A DNA stretch of 64,000 nt, taken from NCBI RefSeq assembly GCF_036321535.1, contig NC_087436.1:102302001-102366000 (forward strand), read 5' to 3'. Source of the stretch: Camelus dromedarius. Taxonomy: Eukaryota. Numbering within the stretch: position 1 is the first letter of the stretch; every line of letters begins with the position of its first letter. Shown piece by piece: positions 13,858-25,129 of this stretch. The notes below the pieces were generated by a model. That model was not told the DNA's origin. It worked only from the letters and a program-made list of their open reading frames with translations, and made no database searches. Both the position numbers and the translations under genes were made by a program.

Positions 13858-14012
13858 TACTCTCTGAGGTTTGGCTGAGCCTCCCTATAATAAAAGACAG
13901 ATTAAGAAAGAGCTTCTCCTATGTCTGTAGTTTCTCAAAAAAATCAGCTCAAAATAATCTCAAAATAACCAAAGAGGCATATTCTGGGGTGGCATATTCT
14001 GCTACCCTAGAG
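13858..14012 (-). mobile_element. ERV1 LTR fragment (MER34/MER39-like), internally deleted
   Basis: 'ctctctgaggtttggctgagcc...taataaaagacagattaa' and 'tcagctcaaaataat...ccaaagaggcatattctggggtggcatattctg' are characteristic of this LTR group. Confidence 0.6.
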
Positions 14013-14039
14013 ATGTGGAACTGACTCATCTATCTACTG

Positions 14040-14296
14040 CCCCATTGCTGCCTTTGAAGATGGAAGGGGACCACGAGCTACTGAATTCTGTCAGCCTTTA
14101 GAAGCTGGAAAAAGCAATAAAGGAGATTCTTCCCTAGAACTTCCAAAAAGGAACTGAGCATTGCAGGCACCTTGGTTTTAGCCCAGAGAAACCTATTTTG
14201 TGCTTTAGATGTCTAGAACTATAAGTTAATGAGTTTGCATTATTTTAAACCACTTAACTTGGAGAAATTTTATAGCAGCAATAGGAAACTAATACG
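14040..14296 (+). mobile_element. MLT1D-like LTR, 3' half
   Basis: 'ttgctgcctttgaagatggaaggggaccacgagc...tagaagctggaaaag...gattcttccctagaacttcca...atagcagcaataggaaactaatac'. Confidence 0.85.
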
Positions 14297-14573
14297 GTGC
14301 TAAAACAATAGTCATTAAATATAATTCCCATTTGAAGTCTCACTTTTTTGCAGTTGATTTTTTTTTTTTTTTACTTAGAAATCGCCCTGAAAGTGCTTAT
14401 TAAAGGTAGACTCCATTTTCTGCTTTTTGCTTTGCCAAAAGACTCGTTAACATTCAATGAACCTTAAATAACCGACACAAAAACCTTTAAGGGTAAGCAT
14501 CCTTAAATTGATGATGCTTTGTTCTGAATTATTGGTCAGAGAGTTAAACCGTTATCTAAATTTTAAAACAGCG

Positions 14574-14595
14574 CTCTCTCTCTCTCTCTCACTCT

Positions 14596-14639
<44 letters not shown>
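14574..14639. repeat. Compound microsatellite (CT)n-(CA)n
   Basis: A (CT) run followed by about 19 uninterrupted AC units at 14601-14639. Confidence 0.95.
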
Positions 14640-14642
<3 letters not shown>

Positions 14643-15455
14643 CACATCCACTCTCTCTTTGCCAAATTTTAGGAGATTTGATGTTGATACATACCTATCT
14701 GGTGAAAAAAATGTTGTAAATGTGGATGTGGTAAATTATGGCCAATGAAATTGCTGATTTGTAATTTAGAAACTGGCAAATTAGAGATAGCATTGTTAGT
14801 CAAGAGAAAAATAATAATAATCCTGTCCATCAACTTTCCAACAGCAAACTAAAATACTGAGTAACATCCATGAAAACACTTGAGAACATTTCCCTCCCTC
14901 TCTTTGCCTCTGAAAATTAGGATTTAACTCATCAATAAAGTGAGAATTTCCCTTTCTCCTCACTAAGAGATACAGAAAGAGAAATGGTGAGACACAACAC
15001 AGTCATGTTTGTTTTGGCAGAAAAACACAGCTGCAAACAGTAACAAAAATTGCTATCACTGTCTTTTTAAAGCGACTGTACCTGCTGCCTATTTCTTTTC
15101 CTCTAGAGCAATAGATTTTTATAGCCATTGTTTTTCCTTGCTGCTAGCTGACAAAGGCTGTGGGCAGAACAGAATTCACATCTCACATTCCTCTCCACCC
15201 CTCCCTGACAAAGATGCACACTCTGTATGTTTGATGTATTATTTCCTCCACAGAAAACGACCATACTTCAAGAAACAAAATGTGATACAAAAAGCCCAGC
15301 TTTGGATGAATGGTAAAACTTTATGAAAATGAGGCCAGTTAGGAAAAATAATAGTAACCCTATGCATACTGGGATAATTTTTTAAAAGCATAATTTCTAG
15401 TGGTCCTAAAGTTAATTAGTAAAAACACAATTTATTTGAGTATATACATGTATAC

Positions 15456-15833
15456 AGTTGGTTGGCAAACTGGACCTCATACACAAAAGGCAAGAAGAGA
15501 CTGAAGAAAGAGGCTGGCCACTCCAGGTTGGTAGGTGACAGGATCAATGAGCAAAGGAACTTACAAAGTGAGTAGATTTCTTCACCCACCTGCTAGAATC
15601 TTAAAAGTTGATATAGAAGCCTTAACTGGGTCCAGTCATGTATGTTCACCATCCACATGGTCTCAACAGCACGTTGCTCTCTCATGGCTGCATGCTTGAA
15701 AATGGCTTTCACTGTGGGAACGGTGGGCGGAACATACATTTCAGGGATGGGGTGAGGGAGGAACATCCAATTGCCCAGATGCAGCTCAAGGGGGTCAGTC
15801 AGAGGTCATGTCCCTGGATAACTTCCTCCAACA
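15456..15833 (-). mobile_element. 3' LTR of the defective provirus
   Basis: On the minus strand it begins TGTTGGAGG directly after a purine-rich PPT-like tract; colinear with the solo LTR at 46315-46714. Confidence 0.85.
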
Positions 15834-15879
15834 CCCCAACCCTCATGACTGGTTCTTAATCTTACATGCATCCCCTCTT

Positions 15880-16500
15880 CTGCAACGTGACCTGAGTTGT
15901 CAGCAAAGAAGAGGAAGACACCACAGCAACCATTAGGCACATGCAAGAGAAACACAGATTAAGATAGTGATTCCCAAAATAAGTAACACCTTTTTCACCA
16001 AAAAAGCCCCATTATCCAAGTCACTGATTTAATAAGTCCCCTAGGATTGGAGTCCGATCACTCAAAGTATTCAGTTGTGTCCTCATTTGATTGAACAAAG
16101 ATGATACATTAACAGACTCATCAGGTATGAACATACAACATTCTGCTTAGATAATTGTGCAAGTGTCTCCTTTTGAAGAAATAATAATGCTCAAGCCCAT
16201 CCTATTTCGAAGGACAGTTTTTCTCATTAGAGATGTTTCAGAGTCCAGTAAAGACAGGCCTTACCCTCTATCATTTAAGTCTTGCTGGGTGAGGTTACTA
16301 AGGGCTTTTGTGTGTGCTACAACATCCTCCAGGCCAATGCAGGGGAAAACACGGAGGTCAAATGATTGGACCAGTGAGAAACAGAACATGTCCATCTGGC
16401 CCTGAGAAGAGGGAGGTTAGCAGTATGATATGCTGTTTCTTTGTGAGAGGCACTACCTGAGGGAGGACCGGGTACACTGCTAGGACCTTTATCGGGGTAT
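15880..16500 (-). pseudogene. env: Degenerate retroviral env (SU C-terminus and TM), gamma-type
   Basis: Manual translation: ANLPLLRARWTCSVSHWSNHLTSVF / PCIGLEDVVAHTKALSNLTQQDLNDRG*GLSLLDSETSLMRKTVLRNRMGLSIIISSKGDTCTII*AECCMFIPDESVNVSSLFNQMRTQLNTLSDRTPILGDLLNQ*. ISD-like LRNRM at 16212-16198, CX6CC at 16161-16135, then a hydrophobic anchor remnant KKVLLILGITI. Confidence 0.9.
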
Positions 16501-17712
16501 ATAGGCATTTTGTCTCTGCCACAATGCCCCATCCATACCTTCCTAAGTCACAGATAGATCTAACTCAAATGGTAGCCCTGCTTGAAAGATACTCAGAGCT
16601 TTGCTCTGTCTCACTAGTATTTCTGCCCTCTCAAAGGCAGCTCGCTTCTCTGATCGCCAGTTCCATATGTGCCCTTTCTTTACCAAGAGCATAAGGGACA
16701 GAGGCACTGTGCCAGGTGGAAAACAAAAGTTCTCCAAAGCCCCCGAAACTATACAAAGGCTTGAATCGCTTTCATGGTTTTAGAGGCTAATATAGGCTTT
16801 CATCTTATCGGTCACAGCTTTTGGGACAACACATGACTTACTTGACCAAATCATGCACAAAAACTTTATGGCAGTACCTGGGCCTTGAATTTTCTGTGGG
16901 CCTCCCTTTCTTCCTCTTCCTCACAGATGTTCCAGCAAAGTCTACACAGTGTTCTGCAGCAGAGGCAAGTCTTCTGTTATGAAGATTGTATCATCAGTTT
17001 CATGGGCCCATTTTACTGATGTGGGGAAAGAGAATAGGGACATCTCTCAGGCTACGATCCCATGACATACGGTGGGGCTGTGCAGGTAGCCTTGGGGAAG
17101 CACTTGGAAGGTCCATGGTTATCCCTCGCACGTGAAGGCAAATTGATCACACTCAGCAGCGAATGGTATACTGAAAAAAAGCATTTTCTAAGTTCAGTAC
17201 AACATGGTATGCTCCTAGGACCATGGCCAAGGAATCAAAGATGGTGGCAATGCTCAGCACAGCCATATGGTTGGGAGGACACTCCTTTGTTCAGTTCTCA
17301 GTAGTCTATAATTGTCCACCATGAGTCACTGGCTTTTTTACCGGTGGTACCAGGCTGTTGGAAATACTATGGGCAGGGTGTAAAACACCCTATACTTGAT
17401 GCAGTTCTTAGATAGTTTCTGCTGTCTCCTTATAATCCCCCCAACACCCGGCAATTTATATTGTTTGACAGTTATCATTCATTGCAGAAGCAGTAGATTT
17501 ACTGGTGCCCAGTTGGTGTTTCCCCTCAGCACTGGTTTGATTATTCTAATCCCTAGGTAGAATTCATAGATATAGGTTTGCAAAGTTTGACCTTTTAGTT
17601 TATCAGTGTCCAATATGTTCTCCGATATTGAAGAGATAAAAGCCTCTAAGGGAAAAACGCTCAATTTTCAGTGTCAAAGGGACCTTCCTGACCATAATTG
17701 TTTGCCTTCCAG
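16500..17712 (-). pseudogene. pol: Degenerate protease/reverse transcriptase (class III ERV)
   Basis: Manual translation gives KQYKLPG, IDY*ELNK, LNLENAFF, DQFAFTCEG*PWTFQVLPQGYLHSPTVCHG (17150-17060), WAHETDD (decayed YxDD, ~17010-16990), KKGHIWNWRSEKRAAFERAEILVRQSKALSIFQAGLPFELDLSVT. Confidence 0.92.
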
Positions 17713-17817
17713 TGATAAAATGAATCTACATTAAAGGAGATTACCTTTTTAAATCAATGTACAATTATCAGGCTAATTTTATTTTTGTTGCAATCATGAA
17801 TCTTGGTGTGTACTTAA

Positions 17818-18350
17818 TTTCATTCACTTATTCAATGGGTATTTATTCAGCGCTTACAGTGAACCAGCAAGTTTTTAGGCACTGGAGATATCACTGTGAG
17901 GAAAATAAAGTCCCTGACTTTACTCCCTTTCATTATACTACTGTAGGGAAAACAAATAGTAAACAAATAAATACACAAGAATGTTGGATGTCACATGGTT
18001 ATGAGTGTTTCTGAGACGATTAAAGCATCTAAAAAGGGTTTAGAGAGTGAGTGTGGAGTTAGTAACGCCATTTTGTTTAGAATGTTCAGAAAAGAATCAC
18101 TGCTGCCTCATAACAGAGAAATAATATGGTCTAAAATATTTTAAGAGGACCATACTGGCTACCATGTTAGAAATAGACTGTTGGGAAATCAGTCAGGAGG
18201 CTTTTGAAAAAAGTACTAGGTAGTTTGGTACTTAGACCCAGGTGGTAGCAGTGAAGGTAGTGAGAAATGATAAATTCTGGATATATTAAAAAGATAGAGC
18301 TGAAATTATTTGATCATATAGGTCAGATTTTTGCACAGAAGAGATAGAAG
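17818..18350 (-). mobile_element. L2 LINE 3' fragment
   Basis: Antisense L2 tail 'ttcattcacttattcaatgggtatttattcagcgcttac...taggcactggagata' and internal 'ggtggtagcagtgaaggtagtgagaaatgataaattctggatatatt'. Confidence 0.85.
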
Positions 18351-18374
18351 GAAGTATCAAGAATAATACATTCA

Positions 18375-18508
18375 GGGGGAACAGTATAACTCAAGTGGTA
18401 GATCACATGCTCAGCACGCAAAAGGTCCTGGGTTCAATCCCCAGGACCTCCTCCAAGCAGAAATAAATAAATAAGCCTAATTACCTTCCCTTCATAAAAC
18501 AAACAATA
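18375..18508 (+). mobile_element. tRNA-derived SINE, camelid vic-1-type
   Basis: GGGGG head, A-box-like TAACTCAAGTGG, B-box GGTTCAATCC (18431-18440), AAATAAATAAATAA...CCTAATTACC tail; TSD CAAGAATAATA(C/T)ATTCAG at 18358-18375 and 18509-18526. Confidence 0.85.
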
Positions 18509-19722
18509 CAAGAATAATATATTCAGTCACTTGGAAAATGTGATCTTTAGCCAATTACTTAATTTATATTAATGATGACTTGTATCATCAAGGTAGTGCC
18601 CTGCAAGTTATAACAAAAATTAACATTATCAACTCAAAGTGAGGGAGTTTATTATAGTCAAATAAGAAAACAAATGCATGAATATTGGACTATTAATGCA
18701 ACAACAACAACAAAAATGATCGTTTACACAGACTTTCCCACAGTGTGACTGAGATCCTGGATGCATATCCTGGGATGCCATTCTGTCTTATTTTATGAAA
18801 ATTTGTTTAAGTATATTTGGAATATACAAAATTTTATCTTTGTAAAAACTTAACTAATGTTTAGATTCAGGTGGAACTAAAAATTTATTTTTTCCCTAAT
18901 TCAAGTAAATTATTATCTCACATTTCTTTAGAGACATGCTGGAACATACAGCATTAGCAAAAGCTCATGACAAACTATTAACCTTAAGTTTTCTTTAGGG
19001 AGAGAAATCAGTGGGAAAAAAGACATTACCCAGAAACAATGAAAAATGTTCATAACAAACTCAGAAGGAGCAGTCTACCCCACTACAAATATATATTTAA
19101 TGGTTATATGTCATATTATCTTTAGGGAAGTGTATCCCAAATATATCCAAGACTACCCTCTGCCAATCTCAGTTTGTTCGCATGTATCAATTCCATTCTA
19201 TTAACAGTATTACGGAAAATCATCACGCTTATGTCTGGAAGGAATGGCTAATGTATGCTGTGAAATTATTTAGATAGAAAAATTATTTTTCAGCTCCTGC
19301 ACAAGCCAGTGCTTGCTTTATTATTTCCTAACAGGTGAAAAATATATGCATTGTTTCCCTTTTGCTTCTGTGGTCTTCTCTTTTAAATAACTTTGCTTCT
19401 TCCATTTTTATGGAGACTTCAATTTAGCTCACAAATCTCACACTCAGAATTCTGAAGGGAAATTGCTCTCTCCTGTTCTAAATATTTTAAGCTAGACAAA
19501 GAAAATATTAGAAAATCTGGCATGTACGAAACAAAAAAGTGCACATGATTTAAAAAATAATCTTATACAGCCATCATTCCATTGTCTGCTGTGCTATTCT
19601 AAAATAAAACGTTTGGAAAAATCTCCCCGTCTCAGTATTCACAGTACGTTCTTTATTTAATTTTCCCCTTTCAAAAGGACTTCCAAAAGTTGGAGTAGAA
19701 ATGCTGATTTTTTTAAACCTAC

Positions 19723-19940
19723 CACTGGAAAGACACTAAATGCTTGACAGCAGCAGGAAAGTTCAGCACTTTGCTGGAAATGTGATACCCCATTACAGAA
19801 GCCCATGAAAATACTGATAGAATTGTCTCTGGGATTTCGGGGATTCGGATCATGTTTCTATCTTCCTTCCAAGTAGTACTTTGAAATGCTCCCCTGGCTC
19901 TGGGAAGAACATTTGCAAACTCAGTGTCTTTCATGATCAT
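19723..19940 (-). other. Candidate exon ending in a splice donor (unverified)
   Basis: A 72-codon open frame (MIMKDTEF...KHLVSFQ) runs into CAGTG|GTAGGT at 19723/19722. Apparently non-repeat with locally more CpG. TATA-like CTATATAA on the minus strand at ~20082-20075. Confidence 0.2.
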
Positions 19941-21249
19941 AACTGTTCAGCCTTTCTACACTCAAACGTTTTTAGCAAAGGGAGCAATAGCTGCTCTTTT
20001 CAATCACGAGCATAGACGGTACCACATGCTTTTCTGTGCTTTATGCCCTGTTTAAGCCTAGAGTCCCTTCTTTGTTATATAGAAATAGTATCCACAAGGC
20101 AATTGTTCTATTAATCAAATATGAACAGACTTACTGAAAAGATTATACTGTTTTTGTTTCTTTGCTCACTAAAACTTTTATTTACTCCCTGCTCACTAAA
20201 ATGTTGGGTCTTTTCGTCTTGCAAAAGTTTATCGATGCATGTATACATATTCATGTATTTAGAATATATCACATAATGATTCAAATTTAATTTAAAAACT
20301 GTTATGTATTTTATTAAAATTTCATACAGTTTCACATTTTGCCTATAAGAAAACTGAGATCCAAGAGAAAGTGTCTTGACTTGTACTTTTCTAGTGTTAA
20401 CATTTTTAAAGAACTATTAAGTGTTTGAAAGAAGACAGAACATTTAAAACATACATCAGTCTGTTGAACAAAATCAATAAATGATCATCCTCCTTGTACA
20501 AAAGCAACACAAATGTAAAAATCGTAAGTATAGTATTTAGATTAAATGCAGATTTTTGCATATATTAATCATTTAAAATAACTCAGGTGCAAATTCATTT
20601 TAGCATATTTTTAATGTAAGAAGAGGTATGAAGTTAATTCATGAACATTTAAATCACTATAATTATAAAATTAAAGAATTCTTCCATGCCTTGCCATCTC
20701 CTCTAGACATATCTTGATTTCTTTAAGTTAAATCTAGCATATGAATAACATAATAGCTCAAGCACTGTGATTTTGTATTATAATGTATAGAAACGACTTT
20801 TAATTCATATTCATATTTTAGTTTTAGAATTCAGTTTAGAATCTCAAGAAAAAGTTAGAGTTTTTTGTTTGTTTGTTTTGTTTTTTCACTTCAATGTAGT
20901 CCTTGTAAGAAACGGATTGTTATAGAAAGTTATTTCGTACATTCTAGTAACTTGTCTGTTTACTTTTTGTCAAACTTAATAACGTATAAAAGTTAGGCTT
21001 ATTTGGTGGCAAGTCACAGAAAAACTAACTAACCAAGAAAACTGACTACCTTAAACAATAATAAAATTTATTGTAAGGATTTCGTGGTCAAGGAAGAGAT
21101 CTGACAAGTAGAAACAGAGTAGTCTCTCTCTCTCTCTCTCATTTATTATTATAATACCCCTCAGGTAACACTGGGTGAATCACTGTTGGCTCATTTATTT
21201 TAGATTTCTCAGGATGACAAAGTTTAGTTATGCTTATGGATTTGACTTT

Positions 21250-21585
21250 TGTGATGATTAATTTTATTTGTCAATTTTTCTAGGCCATGGAGCCCAGTTG
21301 TTTCGGTCAAACACCAGTCCAAATGTTGCTGTAAAGTTATGTTTTAGATGTGATTAATATTTAAATCAGATTTTGAGTAAAGCAGATTGTCTTCCATAAC
21401 ATAGGTGGGCCTCATCCAATTAGTTGAAGGTCCTAAGAGCAAAGACTAAAGATTCCCAAAGTAGAAAAAATTCTCCTCAAGATTGCAACAAGGAAACCCT
21501 GCCTGAGTTTCCAGTCTTCTGGAAAGAGATTTATCTATTTATCTACTATTGGCTTCTTTTCTGGAGAACCCAACTACATCTAACA
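21250..21585 (+). mobile_element. MLT2 (ERVL) solo LTR, MLT2D-like
   Basis: 'tgtgatgattaattttatttgtcaa...ggtcaaacaccagtccaaatgttgctgtaaag...ggtgggcctcatccaattagttgaagg...tctggagaaccc'. Confidence 0.9.
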
Positions 21586-21734
21586 CCTTATAACTTATTT
21601 ATATAGACCAATACAAAGCTATTTCTGGCCACTTTTATTAAGCATTAAAATTTGAATAAAATTATTATGTCTCATTTTAATTTTTATAAAAGTGAGAATA
21701 TCAAAGTGATAATGTTAAAAATTCAATTTCTAAC

Positions 21735-21945
21735 CTTAAACCTCTTGAATTAAAATTCTAATTTCTCGACTTACTTGCTATGTAACTTTGGATAAATCAC
21801 ATGACCATGAAAATCTCAGTAACCTTATTATATAATATCACTAATAACAATAATACAAACTTTGTAAATTTGCTAACACACTTAAATAAAATAATGCACT
21901 TAAAGTGATTAACACAGTTACTGGAGCAATAAAATGGACTGGATC
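21735..21945 (+). mobile_element. MIR SINE
   Basis: 'acttacttgctatgtaactttggataaatcacatgacc...ctcagt...ataatgcacttaaagtgattaacacagttactgg'. Confidence 0.7.
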
Positions 21946-21977
21946 ATTTTCAGTAAATATCTACCCTCTTTATTATA

Positions 21978-22002
21978 TTAATAATAATAATAATAATAAT
22001 AA
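21978..22002. repeat. (TAA)n microsatellite
   Basis: About 8 tandem TAA units. Confidence 0.85.
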
Positions 22003-23259
22003 GATTCTCCATATGCAGATTGACATGAGGACAAGCATAAATATAAGCAATAATTTATGTATTTTATCAAGGTTTCTCTTATTTGCAATACACATTTTTT
22101 AAAATGTTTGAGTAATCTGTCTTTATTATACAAAATAAAATTTAATTTTACTAATTTTATTACTTTAATTTTACAAATTATTCTTTCTTTAACTTATTCC
22201 TCGATTAATGAATTGACTGCCCTCATATATGTCCATGCTAAAATCTTTGTTTTGCTATAGAGTGTGTGATCTTATATTAACTATGAAGTAGAATATTCTA
22301 TTTCAAAAAGTATCATACCTTATGCCTCTAGTGTAAAAGCAATCTAGGTGTTTCAGGTGCATTTTGCTAAATATTTTTCTATTTGTGTCATTTTTTTCTT
22401 TCCTATCATGATGCTATTTGACTAGAAAGAAATAAGAAATAATTTTGCTTAATTATATACTTAAAAATTCACATAAAAGAGGACTCAAAAGATAGGATTC
22501 ATCTGACCTCCTATCTAGATGAATGAATTCAAAGATCATCCTCCAGTCATTTACTTTGCTTCTTATCATTAAAGTGTGCTTTAGTTTTTCTAGTCACTAA
22601 ATTTTAAATTCTCTTGTTTCATCTCTTGACCAAATGATGTTTCTTTGAGTATCAGTTACACTCACAATACTTAAATTACCATTTTCACAGTTAACATTCA
22701 CCCCAAATTACCTGTAATATGTCAAATCTTCACAACTAGGATTATGTTGAAAATGGATTATAGTCAGACAACGGATTCCAGCACTGTCATTCATCTTCTC
22801 TAGAGAGCTCATTAACCTTTAAAGGTTTGTACATGATTCTGTAATTATCTTGCAGTGGGATTCTTATTTCTATTCTATTTCGTCAGGTTGCCCCTTCTTA
22901 TGGCCCACTCTGAGGATGACATTTTTTTTAACTCCTTGAGTTAGCAAAGTATTTGGCAACAGAGAGAAGTAATATATAAAGCAAGAACTATTTGTCTCAT
23001 CACCATCCATGTCTTTAGCATTTCTTTAAGACATGGGAAGAAGGAAATATCATGGCTTTCTATGCTTAGGGAATCACATAAAAATGACTAGAAGAAGAAG
23101 GGACAAATGCATTATATTCACTTTCCATAATTATTTTTCCAACGTACTGAAAATCTAGTTCTCTTGTAAGGTCCATTCATGTTTTACATCACCCGTGAAC
23201 TCTTACTCACTTGTATCTATACATTACACTTGATTTGTTCCTAAAACATTAGTTTCCAA

Positions 23260-23935
23260 CATGAAGATGGTCTTTTAACCCCCAAGAGTTCATCTGAATA
23301 TGTTCTAACAGAAGATTTAGTTCTCTAATCAGAAAACCAAGCAGTAGACAAGACAGCCTGTAAGTCCACAGATGGTAGTGTTGGCAGCAACACTATATGC
23401 AGAGAAGGCAAATACATGGACAGAGTAAGTGTCCATTTCAGTAAAAAGAAAACACTGTCCCTTCTATGAGGGAATCAGTTCAACATGTACCCAGCAGCTG
23501 ACCGACCACCCCAGGGGATGGTGCCACTTCAGGGATTCAGTGCTGATCTCTGCAGCTGATTGGGTACTCAGCTGCGGACGCAGCCTGTGTCCTGGTGCCA
23601 CCATGTCTGCTAAGTTTATGAGCCCATTTGGGGATGACAGGGCTGGCTGTGGAAAGAGCTTGGCTGGTAATCACACTATAGGCCATTCTATCTGCTCGAT
23701 GATTAAAATCCTCCTCTACTGAGGTCAGTCTTTGGTGAGCATTCACATGGGACACAAATATATTCACTTTTTTGCCCATTCAGAGAAGTATATCCAGATA
23801 TTCCTTTCCTAAATTTTTTGTCACTAACTTTTCTGTCACATTTTATCTACATCCCTGATCATCCAGCCAAACCACTGGCCATAACCCATAACTCAGTATG
23901 TAATCATACATTTGATCATTTTTACCTCCAAGTAA
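23260..23935 (-). pseudogene. pol: ERVL internal relic: RNase H C-terminus and integrase N-terminus/core start
   Basis: ORF 23779-23537 KVNIFVSHVNAHQRLTSVEEDFNHRADRM...PVIPKWAHKLSRHGG matches HERV-L pol; downstream GQCFLFTEMDTYSVHVFAFSAYSVAANTTICGL is the integrase first-Asp region. Confidence 0.9.
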
Positions 23936-24019
23936 GTGATCACTTGTGTATGTTGATATGACGTGTAAAAGAAATCCAGAGCTCCCAGGCCATGCCTCAT
24001 GCTCCCACGTCAAATTCCC

Positions 24020-24226
24020 TTCCCTGCTTGGCTTATTTCTGTGGATCTTATTACCATCTGACATACTTAATATTTAATTTACCAATCTGTTCATTGTTCT
24101 CTTTTCATTGGAATCTAAATTTCATGCTGCAAAGAATTCATGTCTTGTTTTGTTTACTACATTCTCAATATTTGGAGTAAATTTTGCAAGTGTTAGGGGT
24201 TCAAAAGTATGCATTTAATAGTGAAC
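24020..24226 (+). mobile_element. L2 3' end
   Basis: 'cttattaccatctgacatact...tggaatctaaatttcatg...tcatgtcttgttttgtttact'. Confidence 0.7.
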
Positions 24227-25129
24227 TTTTAATACCTACCACTGTTTTCTAAAAGTTTTTGTGCTTTTTGTTTTACTTCTTCAAAAGAAAAAGCTAATCA
24301 TTCCTCAAGATAGCTCTTTGGGCAAATGTTAGTCTAATACTTTGGTTGCAGTTCCATTGATTCAATCAACTCACGGCCATAATTAAAGTAGTAGCTTATA
24401 TAGTACCTAGAAAGCTACTAATTTCCAAGTTGTTAAGTAGACAGTTTCACTAAAAGGTTCTGTCACCAATTAAAAATATATGAAAAACATTACTTTGGCT
24501 CTTAAATATGTCTGTTTTCCTTCTTATTCTGTGCTAAAGGAGCCTCATTCTGTTACAAAATAAAATGATAGAACATAGAAGCATCATGAGAAGGACTGAT
24601 GACACACACATACTCAGCCACATGTTTTCATTTTTTAATTCAGGATGAGAATTCTTGTAGTGCTGTTATAAAAATACTGAAACTCTAGGAATTAATTTAA
24701 TGATGAACATCTTCAATAAAATCATTAATTTTCTGCCACTAAATCTACCACTAATTAAATAGTTTAGGGCAAAAAATTTTTTGTCTTGATACTCCTTTGG
24801 ATAAAATGAGATTCTTCTCAGTATATCTTAGGAATTTATGAAAATGAAATCCTAATATTCTTACTAATATTGGATTAATCTTTTTGTTTTTAAAATCACT
24901 TATGAATAGATAGTGCAAACATTTAGAATACTTATACTTTCAGTATTGTTTTCAAAAAAGAGCTAAAAAAGAGAAGTTTTAATCTTAAATTAAAAGCAAA
25001 TTAAATTGTTTTATTTTCATACTTGCACACTTAGGATGCAAGTTAACATTTAAGAAATACTAAAATATCAGTCATATTCCATGTTTAAAATATTTTCAAT
25101 CTTACTTTTAAAATGTGTAATTGGTAGTG

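Larger units (their letters stand above)
15456..17712 (-). mobile_element. Defective provirus: class III (ERVL/HERV-S-like) pro-pol plus gamma-type env remnant plus 3' LTR; no gag or 5' LTR; large internal deletion
   Basis: Minus-strand order is protease C-terminus, RT, connection domain, junction near 16500, env SU end/TM, PPT-like GAGGGTTGGGG, LTR. Many stops and frameshifts. Confidence 0.9.

Noticed and set aside
15000..15300. Non-repeat stretch with an E-box as a possible enhancer, and its 105-aa ORF
   Set aside because: Only short common motifs and no support without conservation data; the ORF has a non-ATG start and no recognisable homology
15880..16500. env as a domesticated syncytin-like gene
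   Set aside because: In-frame stops (including inside CX6CC), frameshifts, a degraded cleavage site (RARWTC) and a missing signal peptide and most of SU
16157..17304. Plus-strand ORFs over the provirus (16157, 16601, 17062)
   Set aside because: Antisense shadows of decayed pol/env coding sequence
18375..18450. tRNA-like sequence as a tRNA gene
   Set aside because: Imperfect stems, an A-rich tail and a long TSD identify it as a SINE
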